Shown: positions 39,100 through 52,589, counted from the first letter of the stretch. The stretch: DNA of 64,000 nucleotides from the human T2T-CHM13v2.0 reference genome, Homo sapiens (GCF_009914755.1 NC_060947.1); one strand, 5' to 3'. Notes: generated by a model from the letters alone, not told the origin. Program-made: numbers and translations.

Positions 39100-40500
39100 G
39101 AAAGATTAGTCAATAAATTATAATAGAACTAAACCACAACTAAATTTCAACAGGATTAGAGTTTTTATATATAAAATGAAATTATAAAATTAAAAATACA
39201 TAGTTGTATATCTTTCTCCTTTAAAGATCTTAAAGAACATTGGTATATTTAAATACTTTGGAAACTTCTCCTTATATAAATGTAGATATAAAGAGCAAAA
39301 CAGCTATTACAAAGATTAAAACTCATCATTTATAGAGATATATACATCTTTAAGAAAAACTCTAAAACATAAATAGAAAATGAACAAAGAATAGCAACAA
39401 CCGATTCACATCAAATTAAATGCAAATGATTTATTTTTAAATACTTAAATTCAGTAGTAATCAAGAAGATGCAAATTAAATATATACATTTCCTTCTCAA
39501 AATAGAAAGCTAAATATATTACTAAAAGTACAGCTAAAATTGCACTCTCATATCATGCAAATGGTTGTTTCAGGCTGCCAAAAAATAATAAATAAATAAT
39601 GCCACAGACTAGGTAGCTTAAACAATAGAAATGTATTTTCTTACACATCTGGAGACCAGAAATCTGAGATCAAGGTGCCAGCAGGGTTAGTTTTTCCTTA
39701 TGCCTCTCTTCTGCCTTCTCCCTAGCTTACAAATGACCATCTTCTCCCTGTATATTCACATAGCATTTTTCTGTGTACATGCATTTCTGGTGTTTTCTCC
39801 TCTGGTGTTACCAGTGCTATGAGATTAGGGTCCCACTCTTGTAACCTGATTTCATCTTAATTATGTCCCTAAAGATGCTATCCTCAAATATAGCAACGTA
39901 AGGGGTTAAGGCTTCAATGTATAGATTTTGTGGGCACACAATTTAGTACATAACAGTAGTTTAAATTTTTCATAATTTTATAAGTAGCCATTTGCCATAT
40001 ATCTATAGATCACTTATTGTTTTTATAGGAATCAACAAGAAAGACATATTCAAACGTACATTCAAAGGTTTTGACAGAACGATATTTACCACGAGAAATA
40101 TTTGTATTTTTCCTCAAAAGTGAAACTACCTAAATAGGCGACGATAGGAGGACAAGTTAAATTAATGATACCTGTAATCGTGTTTCAAAGTATATTTAAT
40201 AATGTAAAGTATGCACTCAGTGCAAAGTTCAGTACACAAAACATTACAGTTCATCCTATATGCAATATTAATGCCAATGGGAAATATATATATATCTAAC
40301 ATGTATATAACTTCATTTCAGCATAGTATCCTCTAAAATCCTATAGATGTATAATTGTATATTACGTATTACACATATTTATACATATAAATATCAGAAA
40401 GCACTACACTAAAATTAAGAAATTTTTATTTTTGAGTAGAAAATCTTTTTTCTGTATTATTCTTTAACAATTTTTAGTTTGTGGACTATTTTCTATACAG
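39100..40500 (+). mobile_element. old L1ME 3' region with nested antisense MLT1A-like LTR (about 39562-39955)
   Basis: agtaatcaagaagatgcaaattaaa (L1); gcttaaacaatagaaatgtattttcttacacatctggagaccagaaatctgagatcaaggtgccagcagggtt (MLT1). Confidence 0.7.
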
Positions 40501-40573
40501 ACAACACATAACTCATAAAATCAAAAAAGAGATATTTCATACGTTCTTGGCAATCACTCAGCTCTTTTCTTAC

Positions 40574-40776
40574 TTATCCTGACCTGCGGTCTCAAGAATG
40601 TTTCAATGGAAACCTCAGGCATCCATATCGAAGGCTGCCAAGGCTTCTGATAATTCCTTTTAAAAATTCATTTAATAGAGTCTTTCTTGATATTTCAGTT
40701 ATTTCATTTTTTATTCTAGTCATTTAAATATCCTCCCAAATAAATACTTAGATTTAACAAACATTCAATTTTATAT
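40574..40776 (-). pseudogene. candidate decayed exon (minus-strand cluster)
   Basis: Donor ataa|gtaaga, weak acceptor cttatag|. YKIECLLNLSIYLGGYLND*NKK*NN*NIKKDSIK*IFKRNYQKPWQPSIWMPEVSIETFLRPQVRI. Confidence 0.3.
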
Positions 40777-41189
40777 CTATAAGTCTTCAAAACTTTTTCT
40801 AATAGTAATTATTTTAATAATACTGTCAAAAAGTGATCCTTCCATGTGAGAACTGGAGACATTCTAATACTCAGCATCCTGTGTCCTACTGGAGGATAGA
40901 GAAATATGTAATACATATTCTCAAGAAAAAATTTGGTAAACAGCCACACTCACAAATACCTATAATGGATCACTGAAATAAGAATTGCCATTGAACTCCA
41001 GAATTGGATATTTTTAGACATTTTTCTAAATACAGAAATTGTTGCCATAGTAACTTGTAACAGCTGTGAATAATCTGGCCCTAATCTGAAGCACTAAGCA
41101 GCATTACAAAGGCTCGGTTCAACTACTTTTTTGTCTTGAAACATTTGGGTTATATATTGAGAGATAAACACCCTGAGCCCTGTATACTA

Positions 41190-41404
41190 AAAGTTCGATA
41201 GCATCAAAACCTGTAAAATGCTTAGGAATAAGCTTAGCTATGGAGATGAAAGACTTGTATACCGGCAACTATAAAACACTCAAGGAAAACATTAAAGCCA
41301 ACGCAGATAAATGAAAAGACATCCCGTGTTCATGGATCTGAGCAATTAATATTGTTAAAATGTTCATAACCAAAGCAATCTGCATATTCAATGAAATCCT
41401 TGTC
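41190..41404 (+). mobile_element. old L1 ORF2 fragment
   Basis: cttaggaataagc...gatgaaagacttgtatacc...gacatcccgtgttcatggat. Confidence 0.75.
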
Positions 41405-43691
41405 AAAATCTGAATAACATAGCTACAGTAGCCTTCTAAGAGATAATTAATATAAAAATATGTAAACAGAGACAAGTAAAAACATGGGGGAGACAGAGTT
41501 AAGGTGTATAATTTTATTGTTTTTTGCCTTTGTTTCTATTATTTTATTTGTGATATAAGTTTTTATCTCTTTAAAATAATGACATTTGTAGAATATTTCA
41601 CCCAACTACTACAGAATACATAGTATTTTCATCAGCACATGAAACTTTCTTCGGAATAGATAAGATCTTAGGCCATGAAACAAGTCTAAACAAATTCAAA
41701 AAAGTAAAAATCTTATCAAGTATCTTCTCTGGTCACAGTGAAATAAAACTAGAAATCAATAACAAGAGGAACCTCACAAAACACATAAACACATGGAAAT
41801 TAAACAACAGGCTCCTGAAAGAACAATAGGTCAATGAAGAAATTAAGAAAGAAATTTAAAAATGTCTTGAAACAAACAAAAATGGAAACATAACCTACCA
41901 AAATCTGTGTATATTGCAAAAGGAGATAAACATCTATATCAAAAATGTAGAAAGACTTCAAATAAATAACCTAGTGATGTACCTGAAGAAACCAAAAAAG
42001 CAAAAACAAACCAATTCCCAAATTATTAGAAGAAAATAAATAATAAAGACTAGAGCACAAATAAGTGAAAAGAGACTAAAAACAAATACAGAAGATAAAC
42101 AAAACAAAAAACTGGTTTTTGAAAAGATAAATAAAACTGACAAAGCTTTTGCTAGACTAAGAATAATAGAAGACCCAAATAAATAAAATCAGAAATGAAA
42201 AAGGAGACCTAGCAATTGAGACCTCAAAAATACAAAGAATCATTGAAGACTATTATAAACAACAATATACCAGCAAATTGGAAAACCTAGAAGAAATTAA
42301 TAAATTCCTGGACAAATAAAACCCGGTAAGATAGAACCATGAAGACATAGAATACCTCAACAAACCAATAGGGAGTAATGAGATTGAAGCAGTAATAAAA
42401 GATCTACCATCAATAAAAGCCCAGGACCTGATGGATTCACTGCTGAATTGTACCAACCATTTATAGAAGAATTAATACCAATCCTACTGAAACTCTTAAA
42501 AAAATTGAAGAGGAGAGAATATTGCCAAAGTCATCCTATGAGCCCAGCATTTCCCTTACACCAAAACCGGACAAGGACACAACAAAAAAAGAAAAGTGCA
42601 GGCCAATATCCCTGATGAATATCGATGCAAAAATCCTCAAGAAAATACCAGTAAACCAAATTCAATAGCATGTTAGAAGGATGATACAACATGATTATCC
42701 TTCTAATGTGCTCATGTGCTATGATCAAGTGGGATTTATCTCTGGGATGCAAGAGTGTTTCAACACATGCAGATCAATAAATGTGATACATCACATTAAC
42801 AAAATCAAGAACAAAAACCATATGATTATTTTAATAAATGCTAAAAAAATTGATAACATTTAACATCACTTTACGATAAAAACTCTCATCAAAATGGGTA
42901 TAGAATAAACATACCTCAAAATAATAAAGGTCATATATAAAAAACCCACAGCTGATGTCATATTAAATAGGAAAAAAATGAAGGCCTTTCTCTGAAGACT
43001 GCAATATGATAAGGTTTCCCACTTTTACCACTTTTATTTCACATAATATTGATAGCCCTGGCCAAAGCAATTGGGCAAGAGAAAGATATAAATGACTTTC
43101 ATTTTGGAAAGGAAGAAGTCAAATTAGCCTTATTTGCAGACAACATGACTTGAGACTTAAAAAAACCTAAAGACGCAATCAAAAAATGTTATAACTTAAA
43201 TGAAATTAGTAAAGTTGCAGGATACAAAATAAACATGCACAAATCAGTAGTGTTTATATGAGACAACAGCAAACAATCTGAAAAAGAAATCAAACAAACC
43301 ATTCCATTTATAATAGTTACAAAAGTGTAAGACACCTAGGAATCAATCAAACCAAGTAACTGAAAGGTCTATACAAGAAAAACTATAGAATTCTGATGTA
43401 AGAAATTGAAGAGAACACAAAAAATGGGAAAATATTTCATGATCATGGATTGGATGAATTAATATTGTTAAGATGACAGTACTACTCAAAGCAATTTATG
43501 GACCCAATGAAAGCCCTATCAAAATACCAATGACATTCCTCACAGAAATAAAAACATTCTAAGATTTATATGGAACCACAAAAGACCCTGAATTCCCCAA
43601 GCAAACCTCAGCAGAAAGATCAAAGCTGAAGACATCACATTCCCTGACTTCAAAATTTACTACAAAGCTATAGAAAACAAAACAGTATTGG

Positions 43692-45332
43692 TGTGTCTGG
43701 AATTGGTGGGTTCTTGGTCTCACTGACTTCAAGAATGAAGCTATGGACCCTCGCAGTGACTTACAGCTCTTAGGGTGGCGCGTCTGGAGTTTGTTCCTTC
43801 TTATGTTCAGATGTGTTCGGAGTTTCTTCCTTCTGGTGGGTTCATGGTCTCGCTGGCTCAGGAGTGAAGCCGCAGACCTTCGTGGTGAGTGTTACAGCTC
43901 ATAAAAGCAGTGTGGACCCAAAAAGTGAGCAGCAGCAAGATTTATTGCAAAGAGCGAAAGAACAAAGCTTCCACAGCATGGAAGGGGACCCGAGCCGGTT
44001 GCCAATGCTGGCTCGGGCAGCCTGCTTTTATTCTCTTATCTGGCCCCACCCACATCCTGCTGATTGGTAGAGCCGAGTGGCCTGTTTTGTCAGGGCACTG
44101 ATTGGTGCGTTTACAATCCCTGAGCTAGATACAAAGGTTCTCCACGTCCACTCAGATTAGTTAGATACAGAGTGTCGACACACAGGTTCTCCAAGGCCCC
44201 ACCAGGGCAGCTAGATACAGAGTGTCGATTGGTGCACTTACAAACCTTGAGCTAAACACAGGGTGCTGATTGGTGTATTTACAATCCCTGAGCTAGACAT
44301 AAAGGTTCTCCAAGGCCCCACCAGAGCAGCTAGATACAGAGTGTCGAATGGTGCACTCACAAACCCTGAGCTAAACACAGGGTGCTGATTGGTGTATTTA
44401 CAATCCCTGAGCTAGACATAAAGGTTCTCCAAGGCCCCACCAGAGCAGCTAGATACAGAGTGTCGATTGGTGCACTCACAAACCCTGAGCTAAACACAGG
44501 GTGCTGATTGGTGTATTTACAATCCCTGAGCTAGACATAAAGGTTCTCCAAGGCCCCACCAGAGCAGCTAGATACAGAGTGTCGACTGGTGCACTCACAA
44601 ACCTTGAGCTAAGCACAGGGTGCTGATTGGTGTATTTACAATCCCTGAGCTAGACATAAAGACTCTCCACGTCCCCACCAGACTCAGGAGCCCAGCTGGC
44701 TTCACCTAGTGGATCCTGCACCGGGACTGCAGGTAGAGCTGCCTGCCAGTCCTGCGCCGTGCACTCGCATTCCTCAGCCCTTGGGTGGTCGATGGGACTG
44801 GGCGCCGTGGAGCAGCGGGTGGTGGTCGTTGGGGAGGCTCGGGCCGCACAGGAGCCCATGGAGTGGGTGGGAGGCTCAGGCATGGTGGGCTGCAGGTCCC
44901 GAGCCCTGCCCTGCAGGAAGGCAGCTAAGGCTCGGTGCGAAATCGAGCGCAGCGCCGGTGGGCTGGCACTGCTGGGGGACCCAGTACACCCTCTGCAGCC
45001 ACTGGCCCGGGTGCTAAGTCCCTCATTGCCCGGGGCCAGCAGGGCTGGCCAGCTGCTCCGAGTGTGGGGCCCACCAAGCCCACGCCCACCCGTAACTCCA
45101 GCTGGCCCCCAAGTGCTGCACACAGCCCCGGTTCCTGCTCGTGCCTCTCCCTCCACACCTCCCTGCAAGCTGAGGGAGTGGGCTCTGGCCTTGGCCAGCC
45201 CAGAAAGGGGCTCCCACAGTGCAGCGGCGGGCCGAAGGGCTCCTCAAGTGCTGCCAAAGTGGGAGCCCAGGCAGAGGAGGCATCGAAAGCGAGCGAGGGC
45301 TGTGAGGACTGCCAGCACACTGTCACCTCTCA
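43692..45332 (-). mobile_element. LTR12C-like solo LTR (ERV9)
   Basis: Termini tgtgtctggaattggtgggttcttggtctc / ctgtcacctctca. 4-bp TSD ttgg at 43688-91 and 45333-36. Confidence 0.95.
44182..44660 (-). promoter_or_regulatory. four 119-bp tandem enhancer repeats in LTR12 U3 with CCAAT (NF-Y) and GATA-like motifs
   Basis: Units start at 44182, 44301, 44420 and 44539. Each carries ctgattggt and ctagata. Confidence 0.8.
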
Positions 45333-46254
45333 TTGGTACTGGCATAAATACAGACATATAGACCAGGGCAAAAGAATACAGAACCCAGATATAAATGTAT
45401 GCACTTACAGCCAATTCATCTTTAGCAAAGGCACCAGAACATACAATGGGGAAAGGACAGTCTTTTCAACAAACACTGCTGGAAAAACCAGATAACTATA
45501 TGCAGAAGAATAAAGTTAGACTCCTATTTCTCACATATACAAAAATAAAATAAAATAAAATAAAATAGATTAAAGACTTAAATGTAAGATCTATAACTAA
45601 GAAACCTCTAGAAGAAAACACTGGCAAAACACTCCAGGACATTGGTCTGGGTAATGATTTCTTGGGTAAGATCTCAAATGCACAAGCAAACAAAGCAAAA
45701 ATAGACAAATGGAATTACATTAGTTTAAACTGCTTCTTCACAGCAAAGGAAGCAATCAATAAATTGAAGAGTCAACCCAAAGAATGAAAGAAAGGAATGC
45801 AAACTATGCATTTGAAAAGGGGTTAATATCTTGAATATGTAATGAGTACAAACAACTCTATAAGGAAAAACTTAATGATCCAATTAAAACATGGCGGCAA
45901 AATATCTGAGCAGATATTTCTTAAAAAAAAAGACATACAGATGGCCAACAATTATATGAAAAAATGCTCAGCATTTGTAGTTATCAGAGAAATGCAAATT
46001 AAAAACAAAGAAATATTATCTCACCTCATTTAAAATGGCTTGTGTCAAAAACACAGGCAATAATGAATGCTGGGGAGGATGTGGGGAAAAGTGAACCCTC
46101 CTACACTGTTGATGGGAATGTAAATTAATACAGCCACTATGGAGAACAGTAGGGAGGATCCTCAACATACTACAAATAGAACTAACATATGACTCAGTAA
46201 TTCTACTACTGGTATATAGCGAAAAGACAGAAAATAAATATATAGAAAAGACAT

Positions 46255-48560
46255 ATGCAAATCAATAAACATAATCCATCACATAAACAGAACCAATGAC
46301 AAAAACCACATGATTATCTCAATAGATGCAGAAAAGGCCTTCGATAAAATTCAACACCCCTTCATGCTAAAAACTCTCAATAAACTAGGTATTGATGAAA
46401 CGTATCTCAAAATAATAAAAGCTATTTATGACAAACCCTCAGCCAATATCACACTCAGTGGGCAAAAGCTGGAAGCGTTCCCTTTGAATACCGGCACAAG
46501 ACAAGGATGCCCTCTCTCACCACTCCTATTCAACATAGTATTGGAAGTAATGGCCAGGGCAATCAGGAAAGAGAAAGAAATAAAGGGTATTCAAATAGGA
46601 AGATAGGAAGCCAAATTTTCTCTGTTTGCAGATGACATAATTGTATATTTAGAAAACCCCATCGTCTCAGCCCCAAATCCCCTTAAGCTGATAAGCAACT
46701 TCAGCAAAATCTCAGGATACAAAATCAATGTGCAAAAATCACAAGCATTCCTATACACCAATAATAGACAGAGAGCCAAATCATGAGTGAACTCCCATTC
46801 ACAATTATTACAAAGAGAATAAGATACTTAGGAATACAACTTACAAGGGATGTGAAGGACCTCTTCAAGGAGAACTACAAACCACTGCTCAAGGAAATAA
46901 GAGGACACAAACAAATGGAAAAACATTTCATGCTCATGGATAGGAAGAATCAATATCGTGAAAATGACCATACTGCCCAAAGTAATTTATAGATTCAATG
47001 CTATCTCCAACAAGCTACCATTGACTTTCTTCACAGAATTAGAAAAAACGACTTTAAATTTCATATGGAAGCAAAAAAGAGCCTGTATAGCCAAGACCAT
47101 CCTAAGCAAAAAGAACAAAGCTGGAGGCATCATGTTACCTGAATTCAAACTATACTACAAGGCTACAGTAACCAAAACAGCATGGTACTGGTACCAAAAC
47201 AGATATATAAACCAATGGAACAGAACAGAGGCCTCAGAAATAACATCACACATCTACAACTGTCTGATCTTTGACAAACCTGACAAAAACAAGCAATGGG
47301 GAAAGGATTCCCTATTTAATAAATGGTGTTGGGAAAACTGGCTAGCCATATGCAGAAAACTGAAAGTGGACCCCTTCCTTATGCCTTATACAAAAATTAA
47401 CTCAAGATGGATTAAAGACTTAAATATAAGACCTAAAACCATAAAAACCCTAGAAGAAAACCTAGGCAATACCATTCAGGACATAGGCATGGGCAAAGAC
47501 CTCAGGACTAAAACACCAAAAGCCATGGCAACAAAAGCCAAAATTGACAAATGGGATCTAATTAAACTAAAGAGCTTCTGCACAGCAAAAGAAACTATTT
47601 TCACACTGAACAGGCAACCTACAGAATGGGAGAACATGTTTGCAATCTATCCATCTGACAAATGGCTAATATCCAGAATCTACAAAGAATTTAAACAATT
47701 TTACAATAAAAAAAAACCCCATCAAAAAGTGGGTGAAGGATATGAACAGACAATTCTCAAAAGAAGACATTTCTGTGGCCAACAAACATATGAAAAACAC
47801 CTCATCATCACTGGCCATTAGAGAAATACAAGTCAAAACCACAATGAGACACCATCTCATGCCAGTTAGAATGGCGATCATTAAAAAGTCAGGAAACAAC
47901 AGATGCTGGAGAGAATGTGGAGAAATAGGAATGCTTTTACACTGCTGGTGGAAGTGTAAATTAGTTCAACCATTGTGGAAGACAGTGTGGTGATTCCTCA
48001 AGGATCTAGAATCAGAAATACCATTTGACCCAGCAATCCCATTACTGGGTATATACCCAAAGGATTATAAATCATTTTACTATAAAGACACATGCACAAT
48101 TACATTTATTGCAGCACTGTTCACAATAGCAAAGACTTGGAACCAACCCAAATGCCCATCAGTGGTATACTGGATAAAGAAAATGTGGCACATATACACC
48201 AGGAAATACTATGCAGCCATAAAAAAGGATGAGTTCGTGTCCTTTGTAGGGAAATGGATGAAGCTGGAAACCATCATTCTCAGCAAACTAACACAGGAAG
48301 AGAAAACCAAACACTGCATGTTCTCACTCATAAGTGGGAGTTGAACAATGAGAACACATGGACACAGGGAGGGGAACTTCACACACTAGGGCCTGTTGCA
48401 GAGTGGGGGGCTAGGGGAGGGATGGCATTTGGAGAAATTCCTAATGTAGTTGACGCGTTGATGAGTGCAGCAAACCACCATGGCACGTGTATACCTATGT
48501 AACAAACCTGCACGTTCTGCACATGTATCCCAGAACTTACATCATAAGAAATAATTTTTT
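46255..48560 (+). mobile_element. L1PA7-like, 5'-truncated (ORF2 C-terminal half plus 3' UTR), frameshifted
   Basis: ORF2 peptides [18 protein letters not shown] and the 287-aa ORF 46958-47821. 3' UTR catgtatcccagaactta. Degenerate TSD aaaagacatat/aaaaatatat. Confidence 0.92.
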
Positions 48561-49000
48561 AAAAATATATCTGCACTTCCATGTTTATTGCAGCACTATT
48601 TATTTAGCACAATAGGTAAAATGTGAATCTACCTAAGTACCCATCAACGGATGAATGGATAAAGGAAATATGACATATTTATACAATGAATATTATTAAG
48701 CCATAAAAGTAATGAAATCCAGTCCTTTGCAGCGACATGAATGAAAGTGGAGGCTGTCATGTTAAGTGAAATTAGTCAAGCACAGAAAGACGAATATTAC
48801 ATGTTCTCACTCATATGTAGAAACTAAAAAAGTGGATCTTCTGAAGTTAGAGAGTAGAATGTTGACTACCAGATCCTGGGAAGAAGAGGAGGTTGAGATG
48901 AATGGAAAAGAAACACAAACATAGTTATTATCACTGAACTGTCCACTTAAAAATGGTAAATAGGGCACATTTTCTATCTTGCCTCAATAAAAAATTAAAA

Positions 49001-49870
49001 ATAAAAAACCAAAGATAACAAGTGTTGGCAGGAGTGTGAAGAAAAGGAAACCCTTGTGTACTGTTGGAATGTAAATTGTTGCAGCCACACTGGAAAACAG
49101 TATGCAGGTTCCTCAAAAAACTTAAAAGTAGAACTACCACAAGATCCAGCAAATCCACTTCAGAGTGTACATCCAAAGGAACTGAAATCAGTATATTGAA
49201 GACATATCTGCACTTCCATATTTATTGAAGCATTATTCAGAGTAGCTAAGATATGAAAACAACTCAAGTGTCCATGAACAAACAGATGGAAAAAGAAAAT
49301 ATGGTATATACATATAGTGGTATGATATTTACTCTTAACAAAATAGGGAAATCCTTTCATTTGTGACAACATGGATGAAACTGTAGGACATTAAGCTAAG
49401 TGAAATAAGCCAGACGCCAAAGGACAAATACTACGTGATATCAGTTAAATTAGAAATCTAAAATAGTCACATTCATAGAAGCAGAGTATAGAGTAGCGGT
49501 TATCAGGCCTAGGAGGTTAAGGATAGAGGTGGGTATTGGTCAAGAGGTACATAGTTTCGGTTATACAAAATGAACAAGTCTTAGAGATCTACTGTTCAGC
49601 ACAGTAGCTATAGTTAACAATAGTGTATTGTATACTTTCAAATTTGCTAAAAGGGTACATCTTAAGTGTTCTTATCCCAAAAATAATAACAATAATGATA
49701 ATAATAATAAAACGGGAAGGAGGAATCTTTTGGAGGTGAGTAGGTTGATTACATTGTTTGTGGTAATGATTGCATGGGTATGTACTTTATTTCTAAACTC
49801 ATCGAGTTTTATCCATTAAATATGTACAATTTTTGTATAAATTACACCTCAATAAAACAATTTCTAAAAA
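49001..49870 (+). mobile_element. L1MA9/10-like 3' end
   Basis: agagatctactgttcagcacagtagctatagttaacaatagtgtattgtatact...cttaagtgttctt...cttttggaggtga. Confidence 0.8.
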
Positions 49871-50064
49871 TATGCACATCATCATTATTTGTGGTTTTGT
49901 GTCTTAGAAAGTATCTACTTTTTTTCTTCCCTGGGAAACACGGCCTTCTCAGAAACCACGTACTTCTTTGATGCTCTGTCCCCCAGGGAATTCTCAAGTT
50001 CACTGTCAGTTTCTGGACCTCAGCAAAGAGAACATCTACATTTTACATGATATACAGCACTCAC

Positions 50065-50851
50065 CTTTGTTTAGGACATAACTGGTATTGTTTCTGGTTG
50101 CAAAATACGTGAATTTGGTCATTTCTTTTCAGATGGTTGAAAGTTATAGTAGGAATATTCACCCAAGACCAGCAATAAGCCTGGCCCCAACACATGCCTG
50201 CTCTGCCTGGCTCTAAAGTATCTCTTTGGGGCAGTCTAATAGTCACCAGAGTAGCTGTCACTGCAGCTTAACCACATGACCTCTCCTTCTACCTCCTTTC
50301 TGAAGAATGAAAGAGAAGAAACATACCTTGAAAGTTGTAGATGTCCTAGCATCAACACCAGCTTGCACAAACATGCGTGAAGTTCTTATTGACAGCTGTG
50401 TGCTGTAAGGGTGGTTGCCATTGTACAAAATAAGGAAGCTGAGATACAGGAAGTGAAAACACATAACATATTATTTGCCTTAGTTCTCATTTGGAAAGTA
50501 GTAGAATCGGGTGTGTAACTAAGTCTCAGAGCCTCCAAAGCCTGTACCCTTTCAGATGTACCTTACTAATCAGAAATTTAGGTGAGGTATTGGAGAGGGA
50601 GTATAGAAGAGAGTTCGCAAATCAAAATCCAGGAGAGAAAGAGGGCTGAAAAGGCAGCAGTATATATAGCTTCCTGTCTCCACTTCAGAATCTTCTTGTG
50701 AATTTGTCAATGAATTTGTGTTAACTTTCATGGCTTCATCTTCTACATCCAAACTACAGTATTTATTTTCTTGTGTAAATTACTTCAAAAACTTAGACGA
50801 ATACTGCAAATGATTAGCCTTTACAGCTTCTTTTTTGAATTTCAAAGGATT
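50065..50851 (-). pseudogene. candidate decayed exons (about 50674-50851, 50327-50395/50402, 50065-50235)
   Basis: Strong donors aag|gtatgt (50327) and aag|gtgagt (50065), 91-bp putative intron. Low-stop frames, e.g. NPLKFKKEAVKANHLQYSSKFLK*FTQENKYCSLDVEDEAMKVNTNSLTNSQEDSEVET. Some boundaries and frames are ambiguous. Confidence 0.4.
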
Positions 50852-52039
50852 CTACAACCCTTAATTACTCACCTACATCTGTAAGGCCAGGCAAGAATTA
50901 TCACCTTAATTGAACCAAAGGAAACCCAGAGGTCAAGCAGTTCCCTGCTGCCCCCACAGCAAGAAAGTGACGGAGTGAATCAAGAATCGGAAAGCATACT
51001 TCCTAATTTCAATTCTATATATAGACATTGACTTTTTAAAGTTTTCTAGCAAAAGAAGGGCAGTGCTGCTAATTATAATGAGCTGAATTACTCTGCTTGT
51101 CACTCAGACAAAAATGTGTTTATTAAAGATAGGCAAGACAGTGAGAGAAGAACAGAGAGACAACGAGATAACAAAGAGACAGTGCAGGGAGACAGCTTGT
51201 CAGTATAAGGAATGAGCTGTCACTTTCCTTGTTGGAAGCAACAGGGAGCTTTATGAAGAAGAAGGGAAAGCTTAAGCTAAATGGGGGAAAACACAGTCCA
51301 GGTGACAAGCAAGGAGGTCAGCAGTCCAGAATAATTTCATACCACACGTGCTGCTCTTCAGCAGGGTTAAGCATAAAATGAGATTACTATGCAAAAAAGG
51401 CACAGATTTGAAATACCAGATCTTTAACTCAAATATCTTTTTGTTCAATACTCCTGGAGTGTTCCTTGAGTCTCTCCGGGAATTTTAAATTAAAAAAAAA
51501 AGTGACAAAGAAAAATTATTTGAAAAGTAGAATAAGAAGATTCTGAGAGTCCATAAATTAAGGAACGCATTTGGTCAAAATTATATAATCCTGAGTTAGC
51601 AAACATGTAGAAAAATTGTAATCCTCTTCACTTTAAGAACTCATTTCAGTGTGGTTGCATGTACTCCTCATTCTTTAAAGCAATTATTTCACATTCAGAA
51701 GCCACTTAGTGGCCAAGTGGCATATAATATGCAATAATTTCATAGTTTCCTGAAACGTAAGTTTGAAATATTGAATAAATTGTTTTTGTTATTTCCAAAT
51801 GAACCACATCCCCTGAGTAATCACCTTCATTCTCATATGAAACAATAAACAAAAGGACAAATACTACATGATGCCACTTATATGAGGAATCTAAAATAGT
51901 CAAATTAATAGAAGTGGAGAGTGGAATGATGGTTGTCTGGGCCTGGGATACATAGTATGAAATACAACATCACTATTAAATGAATGTAGTAGTAAATCTA
52001 TATGTAATGTCTTAGAAAAAGATATATATATAGATATAG

Positions 52040-52365
<326 letters not shown>

Positions 52366-52589
52366 TAAAATATATTTTAAGTGAAAAAGAGTAAATTGCA
52401 AAGAATGTGCTCAGTGTGAGCCCATTTTTTTGGTTGTTTGAAGAATGCATAGTCATGGGTAGAACATGTTGGGCAGTATATTTGCATAATTCAAATGGCC
52501 ACCAAACAGAGTGACCATCCTGCTGCCCTTCCCTTGTAAGTTTATTTTGTTACACTCCAAGCCATCTTTTTGACCTTTCCTCTCCTCAA

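Larger units (their letters stand above)
41405..49000 (+). mobile_element. L1MA-type element (ORF2 to 3' end), host to LTR12C and L1PA7 insertions
   Basis: Continuous ORF2 motifs 41580-43691, 45333-46254 and 48560-49000. 3' end actgaactgtccacttaaaaatggtaaa...ctcaataaaaaa. Confidence 0.85.

Noticed and set aside
44182-44660. Regular repeat array superficially like CRISPR
   Set aside because: No unique spacers; these are the LTR12 U3 tandem repeats in eukaryotic DNA.
44650-45495. Overlapping 100-200 aa GC-rich ORFs and a CpG-island-like stretch
   Set aside because: Inside the LTR12C GC-rich region; typical spurious ORFs.
46958-47821. 287-aa ORF, the longest in the window
   Set aside because: L1 ORF2 fragment from a truncated, frameshifted L1PA7; cannot retrotranspose.
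50873-50878. Possible 6-nt minus micro-exon (ttacag|atgtag|gtgagt)
   Set aside because: Lies only about 20 nt from the next candidate exon and cannot be placed in a coherent model.
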